A stretch of DNA of 64,000 nt, taken from contig CM097882.1 in the NCBI GenBank assembly GCA_044892505.1, positions 499,596,001 through 499,660,000 on the forward strand, written 5' to 3'. Below, one piece after another: positions 1-14,200 of this stretch. Below the pieces are notes generated by a model. The model ran no database searches, was not told where the DNA came from, and saw only the letters and a list, made by a program, of their open reading frames with translations. The translations under genes and the position numbers were made by a program. The stretch's first letter is position 1, and every line of letters begins with the position of its first letter. Origin of the DNA: Schmidtea nova. Its lineage: Eukaryota.

Positions 1-600
1 ACTTGAGTTAATTTGTTATTGAAGCGCGTTAAGACGTATGTTGGGGAAAAAATGTCGGTGGTGGAAGAAGAATTTCTGTTGTACAAGAAAATTTGTGTAA
101 GTTTGTGGGCGTGACTTGTATTGAATGTGTCGAAAAAAACTGGGCAGAGTATTTGTGGATTTTGAGAAGAATAATATAAATAATTTTAAAATTTAGGATA
201 AATAAAAGTAATGTAAATAAGTATAATATATTATATAATGTAATATTATAAATAAAAGAGATAAAATACCCATTGCCAGATAATCGCAAATAACTGCCGC
301 AATTGTTTTGAGAGATAGACGCTTCCAGTTGCATTACCGCTCCGTTGTTAGTGTGGTTGTTAGTGGACCTGTAAACCACACAGGAATAGGAGCTGAGGCC
401 GAGTTTACGCAACGGACAAGAATTGAAAATAAACTTTACATTGCGTGGTAAATCTTTGACCAATGACATATTGTTCGGGTGATGCGACGAAATTGACTGA
501 GTATTTAGTTAGTTGCGTGTTGTAGTTGCTTGTGAAAATTATACGATTATATAGTGTGATTATGAATGTAGATGTATAAGGGATATTTGTTGAGCCCAGC

Positions 601-1275
601 CAGGGATACCATCTTTGAGATTTAAATATGCCGGACAAAAATATGCGGGACAAAATCTCGAAATTGAAATAAAGAAAAAAAACTCATAATTTGAATATTT
701 CAAATATTCAACGTATATATATTATTATAATATTTATTATAGTCACAAATAATGAAAAAAAATATTTTAAAAAAATTATAAAAAACTAAATAATAAAAAA
801 ATATATGCTTAATGAAAAATAAACAAATTAACAAAACATAACGAAACAGAAAAAAGGAATACAACTGACGAATGTACTTTTAATGTGCATTAATAATATT
901 TAATTAAATTTTTACCTATTAAATGTTTACTTGAATACTTTTTTTTATCATTTGTCTTTGACCACAAGGACGAGAATGAAGAACTGTCATCACAATTCAA
1001 AAGTCCCAGTAGGCAATTTGTACTGCACCAAATATCCCAACTCGTGAAATAAAAATCCAAATTAAAACAAACCCCACCAAACAAAATAAAGTGACAATTT
1101 TCGTTACAGGGCTTGTATATTTTTAATTCAGACGTATAATTAATTTTGTTTTATGTGAAATTTTTTAAACTCGTTTTAGAAAGACGTGCGGGAAAATTAG
1201 TTTGCGTGTGGGACTCGTGAAATATCTTAGGTGTGTGGGACAATCCCACCTAGGGTGGAACAGATGGTAACCCTG
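601..1275. mobile_element. Non-autonomous hAT-type MITE, copy 1
   Basis: Termini CAGGGATACCATCT / AGATGGTAACCCTG are inverted repeats. Flanks AGCCCAGC (593-600) and AGCCCAGT (1276-1283) give an 8-bp TSD with 7/8 match. Near-identical inverted copy at 14513-15161. Confidence 0.85.
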
Positions 1276-1660
1276 AGCCCAGTCGAGTATCCGGTAAAGA
1301 TCTGTCTTGGGAACAGCTGGGGTGAATGCTGTATACTTTTGTGTGCGTGTGTTCGTGTGTATGTATATTTAGATATGTGGTGATGTGCTGGTAAATGTGT
1401 TAAAACAACAAATAATGAACAAATAATATAACAAACTTTATTTATAAAATAAGAATAAACTTAAGTATACTCACGGTATTTATAAATACAAAGTTTGTTA
1501 TAGTTTTTATTATTTCCTATTTCGGATATTTGCTTGTTCATCATAACCTTCTTAATTTTCTAATTCGATTTTCTTTGCAACTTTTTTCTTAACTATAGCT
1601 ATTGTTTTCTGTAGTAATTTTTTAAATCCCATATTGATTTTTTTATTCAAATTTTAAATT
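1276..1660 (-). repeat. Dispersed repeat of unknown class, copy 1 (related to 30020-30530 and 59579-60193)
   Basis: Shares a GGGACAGCTGG..GTGAATG-like block and a minus-strand GTGAGTA donor (1468-1474) with the other two copies. Confidence 0.5.
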
Positions 1661-2098
1661 TATTATTTTTTTTGTAATTTAAATTGTTATCTCTTTCAAT
1701 CAAAAAATATATAAGCACATAAATTCATCGCACAATACAAAGAGGTGACACCCTGTGTCCGACAGGATGCACACAAAACTCACTTCGACCATAACAATCA
1801 TAATANNNNNNNNNNNNNNNNNNNNNNNNNNNNNNNNNNNNNNNNNNNNNNNNNNNNNNNNNNNNNNNNNNNNNNNNNNNNNNNNNNNNNNNNNNNNNNN
1901 NNNNNNNNNNNNNNNNNNNNNNNNNNNNNNNNNNNNNNNNCTTAAAAATATTAAGTAATACAAAATTACTTAAAAAGTTTAAAAATAAAATAAAAATCAC
2001 GGACGTACTTATATAATTCTATAATTATGGATTAAATAATTAAAAATTGGATTCTTTAAAATGCCATAAAATTTCTGTCACATCTACTTAAAAATATC

Positions 2099-2977
2099 CG
2101 GGTCGCCCCATTTAATCAACTTCTAAAACATCAACTTTTAAAACATCAACTACGAAAACATCAACTTTTTACCCTAAAACATCAACTGTCAAAAACATCA
2201 ACTGGCAAAAACATCAATTGGCTAAAATATCAACAATCTAAAACATCAACAATCTAAAACATCAACAATATAAAACATTGAATTTCATTACAATTTAAAT
2301 AATAATTTAAATAATAATTTATTATTAATTAAAGTCCAAATGTTTTTTTTTAATTAACGTTTTGGTTGTTAATTTGATTTTTAAAACTATTATCTCTCAA
2401 TCGCTTTAACTGATCGGACATATTTTTGCAACACTGTCAAAACTTTGTCTTTGATAATTTTACCAACAACTTCAACTCATCGTCACTCAACAGCATTAAA
2501 TTCAAATCTACAATAATAAAGGTAAAATATTTTATATTTTAAAAATTAGATTTTCTTGCAAAAAGTTTTTTTTTATATTCAGCCTTTGTGCTTTCCGTCA
2601 AAAAGGTGATATTGTTGAAAATTTGAAATAAAATATATCGCATCACAGTCCTTTTTGCATTTATGAGAATTTAAACAATTTCAAATTATTTTCTAATTGT
2701 TTTCTAATTGTGTCGTAATTGACTTGCACAAATTAATTTTTTTTTATTAAAAAATAATTTGCCGGTCCCTAAGAAAGATCCATTAGATAAAAATATTTTT
2801 TTAAAGTTGATGTTTTTGACAGTTGATGTTTTAGGGCAAAACTGCAGTTGATGTTTAGTAAGTTGATGTTTTAGACAGTTGATGTTTTAGACAGTTGATG
2901 TTTTTGACAGTTGATGTTTTAAAAGTTGATTTTTTAGTAGTTGATGTTCTAGAAGTTGATGTTTTTTTGGGGGCGCC
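2099..2977. mobile_element. Mutator/foldback-like non-autonomous element
   Basis: About 170-bp imperfect TIRs built from tandem AAAACATCAAC (left) and GTTGATGTTTT (right) units. Perfect 9-bp TSD AAAAATATC at 2090-2098 and 2978-2986. Confidence 0.75.
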
Positions 2978-3749
2978 AAAAATATCATTCAAATATCATA
3001 ATAATTAATCTAACATAATATCTATAAAGATACGCTTTTATCAAAATTAAACGCTATTTAGTTTTTAGATATTATTATTATCTTCATTAATCAATATCAG
3101 ACTTTTTTACATTTGTAGAAAATCAGTTTCCCTGTGGTAATATAAGCTACACTGATTCCAAAATTTCAATTTTTAAATGAAATTTCATAGGAATTTACAT
3201 TAATTAAAATTATTTTACCTGTATTTATCTTTTTATTTGCCACCTTAAGATTTCTCAGAAAAAATGATTTTTAACTAAAAAGCTATTTTTGATAGATTTT
3301 AACTCTTAAGCCTCTTTCTCACATGTTATTTCTGAAATATTCCTAAATAACTAATAAAACTTGATTTTTCATTCAAATTCTTGAATAATTAATTTAACGC
3401 ATTGTAATCATTTAACATTTTTATGAATTTTTCTGTTTTGAAGTATAACAACTCTTTAAAAATATTTAACAACATTAATGGGGATAAGTCATTTATCCTT
3501 AAACTATATAATTTACTTAATAAATATGCAGGAAACCTTAAACATTTCCCATTGTGTAATACTATAATATTATGTAATGGTTTGCTGGAACGATTATATA
3601 AAATTTTATTAAGTATGTTGGGCTGGTAGAAATAAAATTAAAACAGTTTTAATGAATCGAGAAATAAGTTCACATAAAGAATCAAGTTCAAAGCTCACGA
3701 TAGCATATTATAGCATTAAGCAGCCTCAGCATAAAAGAAACAAAGCATT

Positions 3750-5663
3750 TTAAAGCTTGTCAAGCTGACTCTGATATTTCCTCACAACTCCAGCTTCTAA
3801 TAAATTATGTACTAACTCTTCAATTTTGATTTCTAAATGCATGGGTTGTCTTCTGGGGTTTCGTAAAGTTGGAGGACCCAAAGTCGTTCTTTCATGTGTT
3901 ATTACTTTTGTATGACCTAAGTAAAATCTGGATGCCATAAAAATGTTTCTAAACTTAGATATTAAAGTACCTAACTTCGAATTCTTGTCTAACTTGAGCG
4001 TTGATAACGCAAAATCAAAATGATCAATATCTGTAAATCTCTTGGCAACTAGTGAGACATCTATATTATTGACTTCTTTAAGCTCTATGCCAAATATTTT
4101 CATGGTGTCTACACGTCTTATAAAATCTGGATGTATTTTCCTGACAATAATAACATTAAATTCTCAACATTTGTTGTTCCATTTTGCAACGAATTTACCG
4201 CTTCCGAGAGGTTTCTCGTCTTCTTTTGAAAATACTCCACTCAACCGTATTCTGCCTTCCATCAATGGTAAACTGTCAATCAATCTCCGTCATTTCTCAC
4301 TCATAACACTGATTAAAGCTCCTGAATCCCATAATATCTCTACATAAAATTCATTTTTTTCAATCGTGCTCCACTTTCTGTCATCATTCTTCTTAAGCAT
4401 CTCATCCTTCTTTACAACATTTCGATTTTATATTCATCTACTGTCTGGACCCTACTGACGAAATGTAGACAACAGGGTTTTTTTAGTTTGTTGAGTTTCA
4501 ACATTATGTTTGACTGGGTCTATCAATCCCTCTGATCTGTAATCGTATTCTTCGTGTATATAATACACTCTTCGTTCCATTCTTTGTGTATTGCTTTTTG
4601 ATTTCGCTAACAAATTGCAACTTTTAAATGAATGACCTTCTTTATCGCATATTAAGCATTTATCCTTCGAAGGACATTCAAAACACATAAGGTCACTTTG
4701 TTCATATCAAAAGCATTAATCAGGTCCAAGACTTTCTTCTGCTGGCACAGGTAAACCACAACATCTATTATATACTTTCCTTACAATATATTTCATTGAA
4801 ACTAACGGTAGTGGTCTACGATCCGTAGTTTACCTCTCATTACATTGTTCTACCAAGAGTTTCACTCTATCAATTTGTCTTTCGCTTCTTTCATTTCTTT
4901 TTTGAAAACTTATTTCTGGTTGACGACTTGAATATCTTTTGTTATTAAAGGATGTTTTTGAGTCCATTGATTCTGTATATCTTGAGCAACGTTTGCATAG
5001 GTTGATTTAACTACTACCTGAATTTCTTCAAATCGTTCTTTTGCATCATAACCTTCTCTTGCCTCATTTACCCTGGCTAAATTTCTAATTTCTTTCCTCG
5101 TGATGTTAGCTTTCATTGATATATTTTCTTTCAAACGGTTGTTCCGAACTATGTTGCACAAAATCAATTCAACAATATTTTCTTTTGAGATTCTACAGTC
5201 AAAAGCCTCGTCAACATGTTTCTTTACTCATATCTCAAATGTAATGAATCTTTTATCGTGATTTTTTTTACTACTGGTCAGTCACAAATCTTATCCATAA
5301 TGGACTTCTTTTTGTAAATATTTCATTAAACCATCCACGAGCTTTTTCATTAGTTGTTGCTATGTCTTTAAGTTCTTTCCAGAGAATAGATACCTCTTTA
5401 AACAATAATAAGTCAAAAATACTTATTAAATTTAGATCATTAAGAAGCATCCAATCTTCAGTATCCTTGAGCCCTTTTTCTGCTTCTATCGTGCTTCGGC
5501 CGTCGAATCTTCTGACATTAAAATTTAAAATGTCTTTTGTCTGTTTAGACAAAGATTCCATAATCGTCTTTCTACATTGAATTCTTGTTACCACGTAAAT
5601 CGGCTCGATTTCCTCTGCGTCGTCTCCAGTTATAATCTCTTCATAATTCATAATAACAACCAA
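3750..5663 (-). mobile_element. Decayed Gypsy-type LTR retrotransposon (gag, zinc knuckle, protease, start of RT)
   Basis: CCHC knuckle CLICDKEGHSFKSC (ORF 4452-4688). Aspartic protease ILWDSGALISV near 4310-4340. RT N-terminus PRRQPMHLEIKIEELVHNLLEAGVVRK (ORF 3750-4103). Multiple stops and frameshifts. Confidence 0.85.
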
Positions 5664-6703
5664 AATATATTTTTATAAAAGTGCGGAGTTTGTAATATTA
5701 AAAACAAAGTTCTAATATTAAAAACAAAGTTCTATTGGAACTGAGTCTATTAATCATTGAAATAATAATCGAATTCTGAAATCGGGTATCTTCCAAAAAT
5801 ATTCTTTAAAGAAAATGTTTTACTTAAACTCTAAAAAATGAGTGTTCGAAAGTGAGTATCCGTTTTTCAGTGGCTTTCAAAATAATTCGAAAAAACATCT
5901 AGAGTTCTTCAGAATTATTTTAAGGTTGAAAAGTGACACTCATTGTGGCTGAAATAGCCCTGGTAATTTTACCATTTTTCGCTACGTATTTTTATTGATT
6001 CGTTTAAACAAAAGTCTAGGTTAAAGTTAATCAACGTTATCGAATTAAAATTCATGATATAAGAAACATGTTATAAGAAACAACCAATCAGGTTGTACAA
6101 AGGAATTCCATCTAGTGTAAATCCTAAATTTAATTTTTAAAACAATTATATATAAAAACTGTTATAGAGTAATTTAAGTTTTATGAAAAATAAAATAAAG
6201 GGGGTCACCGAGTTAAATTTAATTTACAGCATAATTTTATATTAGAATTAAAGAATTAAATAGCTTTTAAAGCGAAATTTGTTGACTATAAACTATGAAA
6301 ATTTACTAAGTCATAACCATTGCCGTTGTCAAGGCTTCGGCGGTAATTTAAAAATTCTAAAACCAAATTTTTGACAAAATCCTAATATAATTTACAGGAC
6401 AAGAAAGACAATAGAATTGGTATTTAAATAAAGTTTTATTAAATTTTTAACATTAAAAGTACAGAAATTTGAAAAATTACGAAAACATACAATTAGATTA
6501 AAAATTATAATAATTACAATACCCCGAAATATTTTTGGAATTTAGATTCCCAAATTAAGCAGTGTACCATTTTATTAAAAGGTTATGTAAGTGAATAATG
6601 CGTTTGCATGATATGATGCAGTTGGTTGAATGGTTAAAATCGTATAAATACAGAATGTATGTCAGATTGGAACAATAAAATTGATGCTTTCTGTTTAATC
6701 CAG

Positions 6704-7250
6704 ATGGAAGCTAAGATCGACGAATTGTTGAAGAAAGCCATAGAAAATACGCGGCGCAACCATCTATCGACGTCCGACTTGCCGATATGGAAGCGGAATG
6801 GAAAGTGAATGCAGATGCTCTGTGAGAGATGACGATCCGCATGGAGATGTTCCGGTCCCGCTGTCGTACTATGGAAGCGACATGGACCAACAAAGAGGGC
6901 GTAGAAAAGCTAAAGAAGCAGATTCAGCTTCTGCAACAACAAGCGCGGAAGACGCTACACAATTGCGGGCGTTCACAATGCTCATGAGGAACAAAGAGAT
7001 TGAAATTGCAAGGATGCAAGTGGAAAGTGTCATCAACGCTGCCGTGCTACCCAAGGACAACCGACCCGCTGTGGAACTATTTTCGGTCAAAGTCGAGGAT
7101 GAGGCGCCGGCCAAACAGCATCCCAATCGTATAAAGCGCTGGAAACCCAGTAAATGCGCTAGACCACGCCTAAAATGCAGGAAAACGTGTGTGTTAGAAC
7201 AGGTTTCTGAAATTGAGTTTCGAATCGATCGATGTCACAGTTTTGTATAA
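6704..7250 (+). pseudogene. Frameshifted coiled-coil-like ORF in a GC-richer island, unidentified
   Basis: Three successive frames read as one helical protein (MEAKIDELLKKAIEN / DVRLADMEAEW...KLKKQIQLLQQQ / LRAFTMLMRNKEIEIARMQVES), with one in-frame TGA. Confidence 0.35.
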
Positions 7251-7519
7251 CAATTGCAAATTCCGAAATGTGATGACTTTTTATTTGTGTATTTGCATGT
7301 ATTTTATTCTTTGTGTACATAAATTAAAAATTTCCTTGTGTATAAATTGATTTTCGTTAATATTAGTTTTTATAGTAAACATAATTATCACTATTATATG
7401 AATTAAGTTAAACCGATCACATGAATCCGATAACAACTTTCAGTATATTTAAAAGTAAATAGTGTGATAATTTACATTAAGGGACTCAAATGGGCAATAA
7501 ACCTTCTATCGGCAGCCCT

Positions 7520-8557
7520 TGTACCCATGGTGATGTTCGGTCAATGACACAGACTTTTATTGATTATTACAATGAATTACACAATTCAAAATATCACAAT
7601 CAATTCAATACCTCTTTAGACAAATATACTAGCTTATTACGACACTTCGTGAAGAATAGCTCTATTGTATAATGTCTAGAAAACACCAACTACTAACCAC
7701 TGATTTGGATTACATATTGGTAATTGATTTCGATTGTTTCCACGCTTTAACTTTATTCTTCACTCAATATTATTTGGCATTTTAAATTTTCGTCTGTTTA
7801 GCTTCGTTTGCCTTCGAAACACAAATTTTATTTCTGCAACTGATTCAATCAACGAATTTCTTTTTGTTTATCAAATTTCTCATTTTGCATTTCAAATTTG
7901 TTTCGTAATTTCACTTCAATTTTTCAATTTCACTTCTGTTCGAGTTTCAAGTTTACTATTAATCAATTTCAAATTCTCTAACAATTTCTATGTCTAACAA
8001 ATTCTTTTAACAACTTCTAATTCAATTCTTTCGTCTCATGAATTCTGTCACAATTTCTGATTCTCTAATAACTCTTGTCTCACACAAATTCTGTCTGAAA
8101 CTTGTGTGTCCTTCCTTTTATAACTCGACAAATTTTGTGGTACTAGAGATAATTTTGTTTTTTTGCATTTTGATTCTCGAAAATCTCGTGTTTTTCTCTT
8201 AATTCCTGTTTTATCTTAGACAGCTGTCTAGATTATTTCAGATTTGACTTTTTCCTTTTTAAGCCGACTTTTATCCGCATTCCTGTTATCTGACAAGCTG
8301 TCAAGATTTTATTTTCCTAATTGTTTTTGTTTTCGTTTTGAAAATTCCTTTCGCGTTTTTGTACTTACTAATTATGAATGAATTTTGTTTTTGATTTCTT
8401 GTTTGATCTCTTTTGTTTGTTCCCAACTTCTCATTTCCCCATTTTTGGCTGTCTTTCTCTTTTCCGGCTTCCAAAAGATCACATTATTCGTCCAATCAAT
8501 TTTCCCCAGGTAATTTTATTATTTATATATTATTTTGTATTTTAGGTATCCTCAACA
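7520..8557 (-). mobile_element. Solo-LTR-like repeat, family A (left boundary approximate)
   Basis: Ends GTATCCTCAACA like 12213-13108. Internal blocks such as CTTATTACGACACTTCGTGA and ACCACTGATTTGGATT align with the reverse complement of 32206-33187. No TSD found. Confidence 0.6.
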
Positions 8558-9152
8558 CTGTTATTTTAATTAATCATATTTATTAGTCCTCTTTTACTAT
8601 TTTTTTACTTTTATAATTTAATGTTTTCGCGGATTTTGAATTTACTTTTTGCAGGAAGTGTATATCTTCAATACATTAAAACAATCAAAATTCTACTGTT
8701 GTTAATCCAATAATACTAAGACTTATAAGTATAATGTTTCATGATATTTAATTAAATTTTATTCTTCATTGACTAGTGTTAGGTTGGACAAAAAAATTTT
8801 TAATTTAATCAAAATGCTGTCATCAAATTTCATTGTTTATATTTTGTGTATAAGTTTTTCTTGAAAATTAAAATTTTCTTGAATAATTTAATTTTTCTTG
8901 AATTTTCATTAATAACAAAAAAATCTTATAAACTTTTTGAAAATAATTTCTAAATTTTAATAATTAAGCGATTTTTTTTTAAAAATAAACACTAAATAAG
9001 ACAAATAATGAAATAATAACTTTGTGTAGTAAAAAGAAGGAATATAAAAATATTATCGAAATCTTTAAATCAATTAAAAATTTCAAGCAATTATTTAAAA
9101 GACTGAAAATTTTTACGTTAAAATTTAATATATTAATTTTTACTAATTTTAG

Positions 9153-9625
9153 AATCGATTTTTATATTTATTGAATTTTTATAAAAGAAGTAAATTCTCG
9201 GTTACTGGTAAACGGCTCAAAAGTTGTAAGATTCACACAAATGATAGTGTCTTTCAATATCAAGGTCTTCCATTTATTCCAATATTGCAGCAAATTATAA
9301 GGGCGACTATAATGATTTCCGGAAGGTGTGTTTATGTGTTTGGGAGCTTTTTATTTCACTTCCAATGCCTTTTATTTATTTTTGACCTATATATAGATTG
9401 CTGAATCGTTGGTGGAGAAATCTTTCACCAGAAGATAAATCTCGCATTATAAATAAATATAAACGACCCGCAAAAATATTTGCTGTTTTTGGATCTTCAA
9501 TAGTTGGAATTGAGACCTTGATATATTATCGAAGCATGGAAATTTGTCCATATACTGGTAGAAAACGATTTATGATATTGAGCAATGAGGATATGAGAGA
9601 AATTCTTGGAGATTCAATAAATAAT
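9153..9625 (+). CDS. OMA1: OMA1-type M48 metallopeptidase, paralogue 1, 5' exons 9153-9325 and 9397-9625 (start exon not located)
   Basis: GT-AG splice joins PFIPILQQIIRATIMISGR to LLNRWWRNLSPEDK...EICPYTGRKRFMILS, matching the OMA1 region before the catalytic domain. 71-nt phase-2 intron. Confidence 0.85.
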
Positions 9626-10029
9626 GTTAGTTGGTTTAAAAAGTATTTTCCAAATTTTATAATCCAAATTAAGAATTTTCCTTATTTAAATTAATGCTTT
9701 GAAATTTTGTTAATTTAATTAAACAATACGATATAAAAATCATTAACAATTAAGGAACTCATATTTTCAAATAAAATGCCTTATTCAAAACACTTGGTGA
9801 TTATTATGAATCAGTTATTCGTAAATAATTGAAATTTAATTTACAAATTGTCATTTGACAGTACATATATTATTTAATATGGATTTTTAAATTAATTTAT
9901 TATTGAGTATTTTATTGTAAATTATTAGAATTTATAACCTATACATTAAAATTACACTTGGCTTATATCATCTAGGTTAAGGTTGTAGACTTTTCACTGG
10001 TTTCAATTTAACACATACACAAAGAGTTG

Positions 10030-10290
10030 CAAGATGCGTGGAGTATATTATACCGAAATCTCGTTGGATAGTGGAAAGCTGGAATCTGGTCACAGCCGAA
10101 TGTATTATGAATGGTTTCAGAAGGGGAATATTGCGCCTATAAAAATGAGGATATTTCTGAAGTAGGTGAGAGCAATGAGTGGATAGAAGGCGAAAATAGT
10201 AACTCTGTTAGTGACCGAATAGATGATAGCACTGACCCAATTCCGGATGATTTACCTCATTTACTCAATTTAGATATGAATGGGTTATAA
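10030..10290 (+). mobile_element. pogo/Tigger DDE transposase C-terminal fragment
   Basis: Translation WIVESWNLVTAECIMNGFRRG followed by an acidic tail, typical of the end of pogo-family DDE_1 domains. Confidence 0.5.
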
Positions 10291-10915
10291 TTGTTATTTT
10301 TGTTAATAAAAACTAGTGTTTTAAGATTAATTTATACTTCTTGTTGGGCTCATGATCTGATGTCCTAGCCGTAATATTTTTTATACACCCTCTTATAATA
10401 CATCGATCTCATCATTATGTTTTTATACTAAATTGAAAAAATCAAATAATGTGCCGTGTGTAGCCCGCACCTAGAATTTTTTGAATATAATTTCTTTTCT
10501 TGTATAATCCGCGGGTTATCCACGGTAAATTAGAGTAATTAGATCAGTTTCATTGCTTACTTCGGTTTCTTTTAGGGTTACCTGCCCATATTTTTGAGCA
10601 AAAAGGATGAAAGCAGAAAATGTTAGCTTTTAAGATCAAGCCAAATATTTCTCGCGTTACAGGGTTTAAATGAAAAATCCCTGAGACCTATCCCCAAAAA
10701 ATGTTTTACACCCTCTTCCTCAAAAATTACAAAATAACTTTAATATTTTATTAAAAACTGCAAAAACATAAAAAATGTATAAAAGTTGAATAATTATAAT
10801 TTTTATTTCACAAAGTTACATAAACTTATCAGCATTATGTAATAATAATCAATATATCTATTACATAATCATTGTTTTCAAATAGTGTTACATAACATTA
10901 TATTATTTATTACTA

Positions 10916-10945
10916 CCGTGTTTCCTCGAAATTAAGCCCCGGGCT

Positions 10946-11001
<56 letters not shown>

Positions 11002-11474
11002 AAAATTTTGGCAAAAATACACTTAAGGCTTAATTTCGGGAGGTTTTCTATTTTTTGGAATAAAAATAAACTTTTAAAAATTATACAAATATTCAAAATT
11101 AAAATTAAATCAATTAAAATGTTTTTATTTTAGTACAACCATATCATCTTCTTCTAAAACATTGTATTCATCATTTAAAATTGAAAAATCAGCAGGTCTT
11201 GTTTGCGATTCTATATTTATTTTATATTCAACTAAATAGCTTTTTCTAGTTCCTGCCATTTTGTATGGATTAATTTTTAAAAAAAATTTATTCAATTTTA
11301 TCAAATAGTTATTAATATTAATATAACTATGTTTTTAATTTTTAACAATATATAACGATCTGAAATTTTATTTAATATATCAAAAAACAAAATTGCTAGG
11401 GCTTAATTTCGGTGTTAGGGCTACAATATAATTTTTTTTAAATTGTGTTAGAGCTTAATTTCGGAGAAACACGG
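10916..11474 (-). mobile_element. Tc1/mariner-pogo (Tc2-like) internally deleted element
   Basis: 22-bp TIR CCGTGTTTCCTCGAAATTAAGC / CCGTGTTTCTCCGAAATTAAGC with TA on both flanks. Residual minus-strand mini-ORF MAGTRKSYLVEYKINI fused to an acidic tail. Contains a (TA)n tract. Confidence 0.8.
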
Positions 11475-12212
11475 TATATAAGTTTATATATTGATTCTAT
11501 GTTAGAACCATATTTATCTGGATGTTATTAATAATGTTTAAATTAATAATGTAATAATTAAAATAATAATAAAATTTAAATTAAATAACAAATCATTTCA
11601 AGTCTAAAATGTTCATTTAATTTACTTTGCGAAACCCTGCTAACAAAATATGTACCACGATCCTTTTGTTAAATCACTTATTACCTGATTCTTGTGCCAT
11701 ATCATAATGAAATTCAAGAATTTCCTCTTATTAATACCCGTTAATCAATGTATTTTTAATGCAAGTTTTGGTGCACAATAATCAAGTGTATTTTTAAATC
11801 CTGGATAAAGTTCTTGAAGATTCTTTAACAAAACTTCAAAGAAATATACTAAAAATGATAAACATTTAAAGACCATTAAATCTTCTAGACATTTTTCAAA
11901 ATTATAATAATAAAAATAATAATTAATACAACCAAATCATTAATCAAATTTTATTGATTAATTTAATTTTTATATTTAAATATATAAATTACAAATTAAA
12001 AAGGATAAATAAATAAAACAAATTTTTGAATAATTTTTATTAAAAAACAATCTTCAAATTCTGAATCATACAGATCAATTTATTGAAATTGAATTGTATA
12101 ATAAACTTTCATCATTTTCTTCTTCTCCTTCACCATATTCTTCTTCTTAAATGATACTGACTCTTAAAATCGCTCATTGTGTCCAATCCACTCTCGCTTT
12201 GTTTGTTAATGC

Positions 12213-13108
12213 TGTTGGGTTATTGGGTTGTTGGTGAAGTTTAAAAATTACCAAACAAATTTCTGACTCAGAATGCGTGCTTTATATTATCAATAGAATA
12301 ACAATTACAACAAGGATCTTTATTGATATCACAACTGGTTCACAATTTCACTGGTATTCTCTATCAATAACCTGGGGCAATTATACAGTGCTTATTAAAA
12401 CATTTATGTGAGGGATTGCACTCGTGTATAATTTATGTCTATTTTTTCCTTTGCTTTGACTTGAAATTCGGCTTACAAACTTTATATATAAATTTCTCAA
12501 TAATCAATAATCAATCTCCAATAAACTTATCAATAATCATTTTCTCAATAAACTTTTCTCGATCAATTTCTTAAGTGATTTCTTGTCATAAAACTTCAAT
12601 TGAAAATTCTCACCGTAATACTTCTCCGCAAACCTCTGTCTAAAACTGGTGTCTTTCACTTTTTATATTTTGCCATTCTCCGGCAATTGTAATGATTTGC
12701 CTTTTTTATATTCCGGCCACTGGCATTTCCAGTTTTCTTTTTCAGCTCTCGTGTTACCCATAGCCGTTCGGCACTCGGAATAATTTGCTTCTTACTTTTA
12801 GTCTCTGGCATTTCCCAATTTTTTCCCATTTCCCCTGTTATCTTTGACAGCTGTCAAGATACCGGTTTTGTTTCTTGTTTTCAATTTTGAATTACATTTT
12901 GTTTTCTTGCACTTTTCAATTATAAGTAACCTTTCTCTGTTTTATTGTTTTATTTCTATTTTATTGTTACCCTTTCCTCCTTTCTCATTTTTTTGCTTTT
13001 CCGTTTTCTTCCATAAGTTTCAGAATGCTAGCTCAATCACCTATCGGATTTTCCCCCAAATTATTCAAATTATTTATAATATTATTTATTATTTAAGTAT
13101 CCTCAACA
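12213..13108 (-). mobile_element. Solo LTR, family A
   Basis: TGTTG...CAACA termini and perfect 4-bp TSD ATGC (12209-12212, 13109-13112). TATAAAA and AATAAA on the minus strand. Homologous to 32206-33187. Confidence 0.8.
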
Positions 13109-13389
13109 ATGCTACTTGTGGATATTTGATACTTTATAATTGATNNNNNNNNNNNNNNNNNNNNNNNNNNNNNNNNNNNNNNNNNNNNNNNNNNNNNNNN
13201 NNNNNNNNNNNNNNNNNNNNNNNNNNNNNNNNNNNNNNNNNNNNNNNNNNNNNNNNNNNNNNNNNNNNNNNNNNNNNACAACAATCATTATTATTATAAC
13301 AATCAAAGTAAGATTGATATTTCAAATTTGCACCCTTCGCTTTAAGACCCTCAACCGAGTCACTGAAAAGATTATAGTACTTTGGACAT

Positions 13390-14200
13390 AAGAAGACCCA
13401 CTCCTTATATCCAAGTGCTCATCTTTGGATTTACTAATAACAGAATCAAGTTTTTAAAAATATAATGGATTATTTGAGCTATAATTAGAATTATCCAACA
13501 AATTGTCATTCACCATTGCATGTAATAACACATCTATCCGTATCCATTGCTACGATATTGATAGTACAATTAAATTGATCTTTATATTTCTGTAATTCTT
13601 TGTATTGTAGCTCGTAAATTCGAAGTTTAGATAGGTCTAGTACAGAATGTCCAATGTAGCTAGGTATATCTAAACAATCAATATAATTATTAATACCGTT
13701 ATTAAATCATTATCAATTTTAATAGTGTTTCTAAATGTTGATTTTGAAGTTTTGATTTTGTTAAATGTTTTGATTTTGTAGGCAACTTAGAAGTTGAATT
13801 ACATAGCCTCAAATTAATTTTTTTTTAAATTTTCAACGGTTTCACCGTATAACCTATTCAGTGTAATAATTTTCATTTTAATTATTATTTAAATTGGCTT
13901 TTAAAGACGTATTGGGGTCTAAAAAACTTTTAAAGATTGGTTCCCAATTAAATTAATAGCTCTTTAAATTTTAATAACTTTAACTTCCAATATAACAAAC
14001 CATTTCAAGAGTCTCGAATGAAGAATATAAATAATGTCTAAGAAGCAGTTTATTTTTAATTTTCGAATAAGATAGACACAAAATTTCAGGAGCTACCGGG
14101 AAATCACCTAAAGAATCATGTATTTCTATAGGAATAACAAGTTCAACTCCATAGTATAACCATATGGAAACGCATCAATATCAATATTTATACATTCTGT
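13390..14200 (-). pseudogene. Family B DNA polymerase fragment of Polinton/Maverick or adintovirus type, decayed (boundaries approximate)
   Basis: Minus-strand motifs in the expected order: IHDSLGDFPVAPE (~14086-14122), LNRLYGETVENL (~13830-13860), IPSYIGHSVLDLSKLRIYELQY (~13610-13670), IVAMDTD (~13538-13560), KEWVFLCPK (~13385-13410). Confidence 0.75.
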
